This document shows, piece by piece, positions 46,995 through 55,141 of a DNA stretch of 64,000 nt. This stretch comes from Anaerolineales bacterium (GTDB taxonomy: Bacteria > Chloroflexota > Anaerolineae > Anaerolineales > RBG-16-64-43): positions 2,938 to 66,937 of the forward strand of contig JBEKSY010000015.1 in assembly GCA_049516595.1 (NCBI GenBank), read 5' to 3'. A program made the position numbers and the translations under genes. Each line of letters opens with the position of its first letter. The first letter of the stretch is position 1. The notes below the pieces were generated by a model. It did no database searches and was not told the origin of the DNA. It was given only the letters and a program-made list of their open reading frames with translations.

Positions 46995-47660
46995 TCAGTG
47001 CTGCGCACCGCCCCTTTCCTCCGCCTCGACGGCTCGGACCAGCAGGGTGAACCCCTCTCGGGCCACGACCTCAACCTTTGTGCCTGCTGTCAGATGTGCC
47101 TCCGAACGGGCGCTCCACTGCTCACTGGCCACCTGCACCGAGCCATGCCCATCCACGTCCGTGACCGTCAGGCCTTGCTGGCCAATCAGACGAGCCAAAT
47201 CCAGGTCGGGCGGCTTGCGATGGACCAGCATGGTCCTCTGAACAACAAACCAGAAGAAGCCAAGCGAAACGGCCGAGCCCCCGGCGGCCAGCGGCCAGGA
47301 GACCCCTGTAATCGCATTTTGCGGGCCGCGGAACAGAAGCACCGATCCAAGCGAAAACAAGATTACCGCTCCGAGCAGTAAGAGGCCGCGCAGGGGATGC
47401 CACAGCTCGGCTACAAAGGCCACCGCCCCCAGCCCCAGCAACATGAGCGCCCACAGGTTGAGCGGCAACGTGAGGGAGGCCACGGCGGCTACCAGCAAAC
47501 AGAACACCGAGATCAACTCCAGCAGCCCCGTACCGGGAATCGTCATGGCAAACGCGCCCGTCCAGATCCCCACCATCAGAATGACGAAGACCACATCGCG
47601 GTTCTGCAGCAATTCGAAGAGCGGCAAAGGCATGAGCCCTCCCAGTTCATCCGGTTCCAT
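46995..47660 (-). CDS. NfeD family membrane protein (short form, TM + OB fold)
   Basis: IPGTGLLE, then TMs and C-terminal GSVQVASEQWSARS...VEVVAREGFTLLV. It is adjacent to the SPFH gene, a known pairing. The start may be 47660 or 47633. Confidence 0.85.
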   Translation of the reverse strand: MEPDELGGLMPLPLFELLQNRDVVFVILMVGIWTGAFAMTIPGTGLLELISVFCLLVAAVASLTLPLNLWALMLLGLGAVAFVAELWHPLRGLLLLGAVILFSLGSVLLFRGPQNAITGVSWPLAAGGSAVSLGFFWFVVQRTMLVHRKPPDLDLARLIGQQGLTVTDVDGHGSVQVASEQWSARSEAHLTAGTKVEVVAREGFTLLVRAVEAEERGGAQH

Positions 47661-47730
47661 GCCGGCCTCAGGCACCCGCCCAGAGGCCGTTCCCCTGGAA
47701 CCCCACAGCAGGCCGCGGACCAAGCTCAGC

Positions 47731-49503
47731 TCAGCCCGACACCTCCGCCGCTTCCCCGGCCAGGGCGCGACGCAGAGAGGTCTGCAGTTCAAGCACGCGA
47801 GACACCAGACGATTCGGCGGGACCAGCTCGGTCAGCCCCGTCGTTCGAAGTCGAAGTTCCACCCCGCCCTGGGCCAGCGCACGCTTCGCCACGGTCAACC
47901 GGATTGGCACCCCAATCAGGTCGGCATCCGTGAATTTGACCCCGGGGCTGTCCGCACGATCATCATACAAGACTTCGACCGAGCTCGCTCGCAGGTCCTC
48001 ATACAATGCCTCGGCCACCTCACTGGGTTTTCCCGAGGCATCCTGCAGCAGCACGAGATGAACTGTAAAGGGGGCCACAGTGATGGGCCAGCAAAGACCC
48101 AGCGAGTCGTGATGCTCCTCCGCAATGCACGCCAGTAGACGACCCACGCCAATACCATAGGATCCCATGAGAAGCGGTCGAAGGCTCCCCTGGGAGTCCA
48201 GGAAGGTGCATCCCAGCCGCGCACTGGTGCGGGAGCCGAGCTTGGACATGTTGCCAACCTTGACACCTCGCTGGGCGGATAGAGGAGCTCCGCACTTGGG
48301 ACAAGGGCTGCCGTGCTCCGCGGCGGCGATGTCGGCAACCACGTCCGCCCGGTAGTCCCGACCCAGATTGACATTGAGGAAGTGAAACCCCTCCTCGTTG
48401 GCTCCCGCCACCAAGTTTGGGGATTCGGCCGCGATCTCATCGACCACAATCAGTGCCTGGGTCACCCCAATAGCAGAGGCATACCCCGGTACCGCGCCAA
48501 CAGCGCGGATTTCCTCGACCGTGGCGGGCCGCACCTCTCGAGCTCGGATGGCATTGGCAAGCTTGGTTTCGCTAAGGTTCATATCTCCGCGGACGATCAC
48601 AAAGACGAAGCGCTCCTCGGGTTCCCCCTGGGCCCCCGTAGCGATCAGGAAAATCGCCTTGGCGGTCCGGGAGGGAGGAATCTCAAGCAGGGCGGCCAAC
48701 TCTTCAATGGTGCTCGCCTCCGGGGTAGCCACCTTGGCCAGGGGCTTGGGAAGCTCGGAGAGGGCCGGGAGCCTGCCAACGCGCGCAACCTGTCGATTGG
48801 CCGAATAACCGCATTCTCCGCAGCGCAAGATCGTATCATCTCCGATCGATGCCAGGTAGATGAACTCATGGGCCAGATTCTCTCCCATCAGGCCCACATC
48901 GGCTTGAACGGCAACGGCAGGCAACCCGCAACGCCGGAAGATATGGGAGTAGGCCTGCATGTGCGCCCGGTATTGACGGTTTAGGCCGTCGTCATCAGCG
49001 TCCAGACTGTAGCTGTCAAGCGTGGTGAATTCACGAGCACGAATGAGGCCGGCCCGAGGGCGAGGGTCATCGCGCCACTGGGTTTGAATGTGATAGAGCA
49101 GCTGCGGGAGCTGGCGGTACGAGCGGAGCTCCCGTCGCGCCAGGTCCGCCACGACCTCCTCATGGGACATGGCCAGCACCAGGTCATGACCACTTTTGTC
49201 TTTGAGACGGCCCATTTCCGGGCCAATATCGTACCAGTGGCCGGTTTCCTTCCACAGATCGGCCGGATGGACGACGGGCATCAGGATCTCTTGACCCCCG
49301 ATGGCATCCATCTCCTCACGCATCAGTCGCTCGATCTTGTCGAGCGAGCGCTTGGCTAGGTGCAGGTAGGTGAAGATGCCCGCTCCGAGCGGACGGAGGA
49401 AGCCGGCCCGGACAAGGAGACGCTGGCTGTCGACTTCGCTGTCTGCGGGGGGATCCCGCAGGGTCTGAGTCAATAGGCGGCTGACTTTCACAGATCCGGC
49501 CAC
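47731..49503 (-). CDS. proS: Proline--tRNA ligase, bacterial type with INS editing domain; divergent active site
   Basis: Overall ProRS layout: LVRAGFLR, HEE, RPRAGLIR.REF, INS domain with GANEEGFH, MGSYGIGVGRL and anticodon domain KFTDADLIG. Several consensus catalytic residues are changed (see findings). The true start may be GTG 49491. Confidence 0.85.
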   Translation of the reverse strand: MAGSVKVSRLLTQTLRDPPADSEVDSQRLLVRAGFLRPLGAGIFTYLHLAKRSLDKIERLMREEMDAIGGQEILMPVVHPADLWKETGHWYDIGPEMGRLKDKSGHDLVLAMSHEEVVADLARRELRSYRQLPQLLYHIQTQWRDDPRPRAGLIRAREFTTLDSYSLDADDDGLNRQYRAHMQAYSHIFRRCGLPAVAVQADVGLMGENLAHEFIYLASIGDDTILRCGECGYSANRQVARVGRLPALSELPKPLAKVATPEASTIEELAALLEIPPSRTAKAIFLIATGAQGEPEERFVFVIVRGDMNLSETKLANAIRAREVRPATVEEIRAVGAVPGYASAIGVTQALIVVDEIAAESPNLVAGANEEGFHFLNVNLGRDYRADVVADIAAAEHGSPCPKCGAPLSAQRGVKVGNMSKLGSRTSARLGCTFLDSQGSLRPLLMGSYGIGVGRLLACIAEEHHDSLGLCWPITVAPFTVHLVLLQDASGKPSEVAEALYEDLRASSVEVLYDDRADSPGVKFTDADLIGVPIRLTVAKRALAQGGVELRLRTTGLTELVPPNRLVSRVLELQTSLRRALAGEAAEVSG

Positions 49504-49741
49504 CGCGACCGCTCAAGAAAGTCCGGGGCTCCAAGGCGCATTCCGTTCCCGACCCCCTTCCCCGGCTACCCCCCCTGGCGGCACACCCGGGCTCCTGGCA
49601 CATCGCGTTTCGGTTGAAGAAGCCTTTTAGATTCCCAGTAAGCGATTATAACTGGCCTTCGCCTGGCGGAGGTTCTTGGCAATTGAGATCTGCCATGCAA
49701 GAGGAATTGCTCAGGGCAACTCCCGGTGGTATTATGGGCGC

Positions 49742-50614
49742 GTGAGACTCCCCATCGCCCTCGCTCAGATATCCACTTCCCTCGGTAACGTTGCCGGGAA
49801 TCTCAAGAAGCACATCGAGCTCGCCAGGAAAGCGCGTCGACAGGGAGCTGAGCTCATTCTCTTTCCTGAGCTCTCTTTGACCGGCTACGTCCTGCAAGAT
49901 CTCGCCTCAACGGTCGCCTGCCGTCCGCAGGCAGACGACCCCGTCTTCTCCGATCTCCTGCGCGAGAGCATGAAAATCGACATGGTGGTCGGGTTCGTCG
50001 AGGAGGACTGCAGAAATCGATTCTTCATCTCGGGCGCCTACCTTTCGAGGGGACAGGTCCTTCACGTGCACCGAAAGGTCTATCTGCCCACCTACGGCCT
50101 GTTCGATGAGGGACGCTTTTTCGCCTGGGGAGACCAGATCCGGGCCTTTGACACGCGCTTTGGGCGGATGGGCATATTGATCTGCGAGGACTTCTGGCAC
50201 GCCTCGCCTCCTTACCTTCTCTGGCTGGACGGCGCCGACGTCCTGCTGTTCATGTCGTCCTCCCCGGGTCGCGGCCTGCACCAGAAGGGGGTCCTGGAAA
50301 GTGCCTGGTGGGTGGAGCAGGTCAACCAATCCTACGCCAGTCTTTTCACCTCCTTTGTGGCCCACATCAACAAGGTGGGCTTCGAAGATGGCCTAAACTT
50401 CTGGGGTGGCTCCACGGTGTTTGACCCGAATGGGCACCGGCTGGTTCGCGCTCCATTCCACGAGGAGTCCCTGACCCTGGCGGATTTGGACCTCAATCAA
50501 CTTCATCGCACGCGAGCGAGGCTGCCCCTTCTTCGTGATGAGCGCACGGGGCTCGTAATGCGCGAATTGCAGCGTGTTCTGGCGCAAAGCGGACGGACAA
50601 ACAACATTCGGTAA
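49742..50614 (+). CDS. Carbon-nitrogen hydrolase (nitrilase family), probable glutaminase partner of NadE
   Basis: Catalytic triad FPELSLTG / HRKVYLP / ICEDFW. It lies directly upstream of nadE. GTG start at 49742. Confidence 0.88.
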   Translation: MRLPIALAQISTSLGNVAGNLKKHIELARKARRQGAELILFPELSLTGYVLQDLASTVACRPQADDPVFSDLLRESMKIDMVVGFVEEDCRNRFFISGAYLSRGQVLHVHRKVYLPTYGLFDEGRFFAWGDQIRAFDTRFGRMGILICEDFWHASPPYLLWLDGADVLLFMSSSPGRGLHQKGVLESAWWVEQVNQSYASLFTSFVAHINKVGFEDGLNFWGGSTVFDPNGHRLVRAPFHEESLTLADLDLNQLHRTRARLPLLRDERTGLVMRELQRVLAQSGRTNNIR

Positions 50615-50670
50615 ACCCCCCGACTCCTCGTGCCAGCAGGACCCATCGCTTTCTGGCTCGCCCGTGGGAG

Positions 50671-51510
50671 ATGACCATGCGCGACTACCTTCCTCTCCTC
50701 CAAATCGATACAGATCTTGTGCGCAAGATCCTGGTCTCCTTTCTGCGGCAGGAGATCGAGCGCACCGGCCTGGATGGGGCGGTCGTGGGAGCGTCTGGCG
50801 GGGTCGACTCCTCCCTTTCCTGCTTTCTTTGCGCTCAGGCCCTTGGGCCCGAGAAGGTCCTGGCCGTCCTGATGCCCTACCGCACGTCCTCTCCGGATTC
50901 CCTGGCAGATGCTCAAGAGGTCGTGCGGCTCACGGGCGTGAACAGCCTGACGGTTGAGATCACCTCCATGGTGGACCCTTTCTTGGAACAGTTCCCGGAG
51001 GCGGATCAGCGCAGGCGGGGGAACGTCATGGCGCGCGCGCGCATGATCGTCCTCTACGATCAGTCGGCTGCCCACGGCCGGATTGTGGTTGGGACCGGCA
51101 ACAAGACGGAAATCCTGCTGGGCTACACCACGCTTTATGGGGACGCGGCCTGTGGGCTGAACCCGATCGGCGATCTGTACAAGAATCAGGTGCGGCAATT
51201 GGCGCGTGCGCTGGGTGTTCCAGATCGCATCCTCACGAAGGCTCCGACCGCTGATCTGTGGCGCGGTCAGACCGACGAGGGTGAGCTGGGCTTTGCCTAT
51301 GATGATGTCGACCAACTGCTCTACTTACTGGTGGACGAACGCTACAGCCCCTCGGAGTGTGTGGAGGCCGGGTTCGATCGCGGGTTTGTAGACACGGTTG
51401 TCGAGCGCATTCGGCAAAGCCAGTTCAAGCGGGTACCGGCTCCCATCGCCAAGCTCAGCGACCGAACGATCGGATACGACTTCCTCTATTTGCGTGACTG
51501 GGGCACATGA
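50671..51510 (+). CDS. nadE: NAD+ synthetase (single synthetase domain)
   Basis: SGGVDS, GNVMARARM, GTGNKTE, YTTLYGD and PTADLW.GQTDE. Confidence 0.95.
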   Translation: MTMRDYLPLLQIDTDLVRKILVSFLRQEIERTGLDGAVVGASGGVDSSLSCFLCAQALGPEKVLAVLMPYRTSSPDSLADAQEVVRLTGVNSLTVEITSMVDPFLEQFPEADQRRRGNVMARARMIVLYDQSAAHGRIVVGTGNKTEILLGYTTLYGDAACGLNPIGDLYKNQVRQLARALGVPDRILTKAPTADLWRGQTDEGELGFAYDDVDQLLYLLVDERYSPSECVEAGFDRGFVDTVVERIRQSQFKRVPAPIAKLSDRTIGYDFLYLRDWGT

Positions 51511-52784
51511 GAGAGAAATCCTTCGTCGCTCTCCGGTATCGCGACTTCCGCCTGCTTTGGTTTGGACAACTGATCTCCGTCGCCGGATCGCAGATGCAAT
51601 CCGCCGCTATCCTGTGGCAGATCTACGCAATTACCCACAGCCCTCTCGATTTGGGGCTGATTGGTCTCACTCGCCTGCTGCCGATGATCGGGTTCGGCCT
51701 GATTAGCGGTCTGATGGCGGATGCCATGGACCGGCGCCGGCTGATGCTCGTCACCCAGTGTGGAATGGCCGTGGCGGCGTCGATCCTGGCCGGGCTGACC
51801 TTTCACGGCCTGCAAAGCGTTTGGCCGATCTATCTCCTGGCCACCCTCAGTGCCGCCTTCGGCACATTTGACACACCGGCCCGACAATCCCTCATCCCGA
51901 ATCTGGTCTCTCGAGAGCACCTCACCAACGCCTACAGCCTGAATGCCACCATGTTCCAGTTGGGCGCCGTCGTCGGCCCTTCACTCGCCGGCGTCGCCAT
52001 CGCTTCGGCGGGTGTGGGCTGGGTATACCTAATCAACGCGCTCTCTTTTCTGGCCGTGATTGGCGCGCTCGTGGCAATGCATCCGGTGGCCCAAGGCCGG
52101 ATCTCCCGGCAAGTCATCAGCTTTGCAGGCGCCCTGGAGGGGCTCCGATTTGTGATGGGCGCGCCCCTCATCCGCTCGACGATGCTCCTGGACTTTTTTG
52201 TCACCTTCTTTGCCTCGGCCACTACCCTGCTTCCGGTGTTCGCTCAAACGATTCTGCACGTGGGACCGCAGGGGTACGGCCTGCTATATGCGGCTCCCTC
52301 CCTGGGGGCCGTGATCGCGGCCCTGGCAGTTTCTCTGCATGGGACCATTCGCCGCCAAGGACCAGTTCTGCTGACGTCGGTTGCCGTCTACGGGGCGGCC
52401 ACGGTGCTGTTCGGGCTCTCCCCCTGGTTCGGGCTGACTTTCTGCGCGCTGGCCATCGGCGGGATGGCCGACACCGTCAGTATGGTCATCCGCGGGACCC
52501 TGCGGCAGCTGCAGACGCCCGATGAGCTGCGCGGGCGGATGACAAGTTGGAATATGATCTTCTTCAATGGCGGGCCGCAACTGGGAGAACTGGAGGCCGG
52601 CCTGGTGGCGCACTGGCTCGGCGCAGTGATCTCGGTGGTCATGGGCGGGGTGGGCTCCCTCGCCGCGACCAGCTGGGTCGCGGCGAGTACTCCTGAAATA
52701 CGCCGCTATCGCGGGGAAGAACCTCCCGCAGGTCAAGAGGACCTTTCCCACCCACAGGTCCGGATCCAATCCCCGGCGCCCTAG
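51507..52784 (+). CDS. MFS transporter (EntS/DHA3-like)
   Basis: RDFRLLWFGQLIS, ADAMDRRRLM, FDTPARQSLIP and PDELRGRM. Confidence 0.92.
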   Translation: MREKSFVALRYRDFRLLWFGQLISVAGSQMQSAAILWQIYAITHSPLDLGLIGLTRLLPMIGFGLISGLMADAMDRRRLMLVTQCGMAVAASILAGLTFHGLQSVWPIYLLATLSAAFGTFDTPARQSLIPNLVSREHLTNAYSLNATMFQLGAVVGPSLAGVAIASAGVGWVYLINALSFLAVIGALVAMHPVAQGRISRQVISFAGALEGLRFVMGAPLIRSTMLLDFFVTFFASATTLLPVFAQTILHVGPQGYGLLYAAPSLGAVIAALAVSLHGTIRRQGPVLLTSVAVYGAATVLFGLSPWFGLTFCALAIGGMADTVSMVIRGTLRQLQTPDELRGRMTSWNMIFFNGGPQLGELEAGLVAHWLGAVISVVMGGVGSLAATSWVAASTPEIRRYRGEEPPAGQEDLSHPQVRIQSPAP

Positions 52785-52860
52785 GATGAGGGTTGGGGAG
52801 CCTGGCGGCGGGAAAGGCTACGGTCCCAGAAGAGAAGGCCTAGGAGAAAGGAAGGGGAGC

Positions 52861-53763
52861 ATGAGGCGGGCGGTCAGCATCAGTATCGGATCCTCGAAAC
52901 GGGACAAGGCTGTCGAAATCAACCTTCTCGGGGAGCAGGTTCGCATTGAGCGGATTGGCACGGACGGGGACATGCAGAAGGCCGCGGAGATGTTCCGAGA
53001 CCTGGACGGCAAAGTGGACGCCTTTGGAGTCGGAGGCGCAGATCTTGGCCTGATGGTCGACCGGAAATGGTATCCACTGTATTCGGTGCAACCGATGATT
53101 CGGTATATCCGGAAAACTCCGGTGGTGGATGGCGCCGGGTTGAAGAACACACTTGAGGGGCGTGTCGCCCAGTTCATGGAAGGGCGAATTGGAGCGCAGA
53201 TCCAACCCAAGCGCTGCCTCATGACTGGAGGGGGAGACCGCTGGGGGATGACCACCTCCTTCGTTCAGGCCGGGTATGAGTGTGTCTTCGGGGACCTCAT
53301 GTTCGCCCTGGGGATCCCCATCCCTCTCCGCACGACCTCCCAGCTGAAGCGACTGGCGAGCCTCCTGATGCCCGTGGCGGGCCGCCTGCCGTTCAAGTGG
53401 GTCTACCCGACCGGAGAGGAACAGGAGAAGCGGGTCCCGAAGTTCACCCAGTGGTATGACTGGGCTGGCGTGATCGCAGGCGACTGCCACTACATCAAGC
53501 GGCACATGCCGGACCAGCTGGTGGGTAAGGTGATTTGCACCAACACCACCACGCCGCAGGACGTGGAGCTGTTCCGCAAGGCCCGGGTGCGCTACCTGGT
53601 GACCACCACGCCCGTGTTCGACGGCCGTTCCTTTGGGACGAACATGATGGAAGCGGCCCTGGTCGCCGCATCCGGCAAGGGGCGTGTGCTCACCGAACAA
53701 GAGTTGGAAACCATGCTCACGGAGTTGAAGCTGGAACCGCAAATCCAGGAGTTGGGGAACTGA
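52861..53763 (+). CDS. Conserved uncharacterised protein (family often auto-labelled quinate 5-dehydrogenase; function unverified)
   Basis: MRRAVSISIGSSKRD, RIGTDGD, DAFGVGG, PVVDGAGLK, FGDLMFALG, GDCHYIKRHMP and GRSFGTNMMEA. Recognised from memory of the family. Start ATG 52861 with a GGGGAG SD. Confidence 0.68.
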   Translation: MRRAVSISIGSSKRDKAVEINLLGEQVRIERIGTDGDMQKAAEMFRDLDGKVDAFGVGGADLGLMVDRKWYPLYSVQPMIRYIRKTPVVDGAGLKNTLEGRVAQFMEGRIGAQIQPKRCLMTGGGDRWGMTTSFVQAGYECVFGDLMFALGIPIPLRTTSQLKRLASLLMPVAGRLPFKWVYPTGEEQEKRVPKFTQWYDWAGVIAGDCHYIKRHMPDQLVGKVICTNTTTPQDVELFRKARVRYLVTTTPVFDGRSFGTNMMEAALVAASGKGRVLTEQELETMLTELKLEPQIQELGN

Positions 53764-53794
53764 GAGGTTCCCTTGGGGCCATTTCGGAGGAGAT

Positions 53795-54580
53795 ATGTCT
53801 GAGGTACTGGATGCCGTGGTCACGGCGGGGGGGATCCCCCTGCCGGGCGAACCGCTCTATCCCCTGACCCAGGGCCAGCCCAAGGCCCTCCTGCGTATCG
53901 CGGGAAAGCCCATGGTCCAGTGGGTCTTGGAAGCCTTGGAAGGGTCGTCGCGAGTCGGGGAGATCGTCGTTGTCGGCCTCGAGAAGGGCAGCCTCCCTCC
54001 GATTTCCAAGATCGCCTCGTTCCTGCCCAATCAGCAAGGGCTGCTGGAGAACGTGCTGAGCTCCATCCGCGAGGTGCTGCGCCTCCACCCACGCTCCCGC
54101 CACACCCTGCTCGTGAGCTCCGACATTCCGACCATTGCGTCCCCGATGGTGGACTGGATCGTCGACACCGCCATGCGGACCGACGACGACCTTTACTATT
54201 CGGTCGTCGAGGACCGAGTCATGGAACGCCGGTTCCCCGGCTCCCGGCGGAGCTACACCCGACTGCAAGAGGTGCGGGTTTGCGGTGGTGATGTGAGCGT
54301 GGTGCGCACCTCGACCGCCACCGAGAATGAGGAACTCTGGAAGCGGCTGATCGCGGCCCGCAAGAGCTCCCTGCATCAGGCCGCGTTGCTCGGCTATGAC
54401 CTGCTACTCCTGCTGATCCTGCGCCGGCTGACGGTGGCCCGGGCCGAGGCCATGGTGAGCCAGCGCCTAGGAGTGAAGGGTCGAGTGCTCCTGTGTCCTT
54501 ACGCGGAGATCGGAATGGATGTCGACAAACCCGTCCAGTATGAGCTGGTGCGGCGGGATCTGGAGGCCAAGGCCGGCTGA
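53795..54580 (+). CDS. MobA-like nucleotidyltransferase family protein
   Basis: DAVVTAGG, PKALLRIAGKPMV, VSSDIP and IGMDVDKP. Confidence 0.75.
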   Translation: MSEVLDAVVTAGGIPLPGEPLYPLTQGQPKALLRIAGKPMVQWVLEALEGSSRVGEIVVVGLEKGSLPPISKIASFLPNQQGLLENVLSSIREVLRLHPRSRHTLLVSSDIPTIASPMVDWIVDTAMRTDDDLYYSVVEDRVMERRFPGSRRSYTRLQEVRVCGGDVSVVRTSTATENEELWKRLIAARKSSLHQAALLGYDLLLLLILRRLTVARAEAMVSQRLGVKGRVLLCPYAEIGMDVDKPVQYELVRRDLEAKAG

Positions 54581-54596
54581 CTTGGCCGGATCTGCG

Positions 54597-55103
54597 ATGC
54601 AATCCCTCCTGTTGCTGGACGACCGCCTTACTTCCCGTCTGCGGGTCGCGGAGACCCCGGGCTTCCTTCGGACTGTCTCCATCTTGCTTGCCCATTCGGG
54701 CGATAGCTGGTTCTGGGCGGCTGGCCTAGTGACGACCGCCTGGCTGGAAGCCGGGCTGTGGCGCTGGCGCTCGCTCGTCATGCTTCTGGGCATTGCGGGC
54801 ACCGCCCTGGTCGTGATGGCCATCAAGATCCTGGTCCGCCGGAGGAGGCCAGCGGGAGAATGGGGCTGGCTCTATCGAAGCAGCGATCCGAATTCGTTTC
54901 CCTCCGGTCACGCGGCCCGCATGATGATGCTGTTTGTAGTCTGCTGTCTCGTGGGTCCGGCCTGGTTGGCCGGGTTGCTCCTGGTCTGGGCTCCGCTGGT
55001 CTCGCTTTCTCGAGTGGCAATGGGCGTTCACTATCTCTCTGATGTGTTGGGTGGGATGGTCTTGGGCCTGCTAATGGGAGCCATTGTGGCCGCCGTGCTC
55101 TAG
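54597..55103 (+). CDS. PAP2 family phosphatase
   Basis: KILVRRRRP, SFPSGH and SRVAMGVHYLSDV (three PAP2 motifs). Confidence 0.87.
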   Translation: MQSLLLLDDRLTSRLRVAETPGFLRTVSILLAHSGDSWFWAAGLVTTAWLEAGLWRWRSLVMLLGIAGTALVVMAIKILVRRRRPAGEWGWLYRSSDPNSFPSGHAARMMMLFVVCCLVGPAWLAGLLLVWAPLVSLSRVAMGVHYLSDVLGGMVLGLLMGAIVAAVL

Positions 55104-55141
55104 CGCCCGGCCTCGCTGCCCTCTTAGTGCGTTTCCCTTCG

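Noticed and set aside
49515-49535. AAGAAAGTCCGGGGCTCC resembling the RNase P RNA P4 signature
   Set aside because: No other RNase P elements follow, and it sits in the short divergent promoter region at the proS start.
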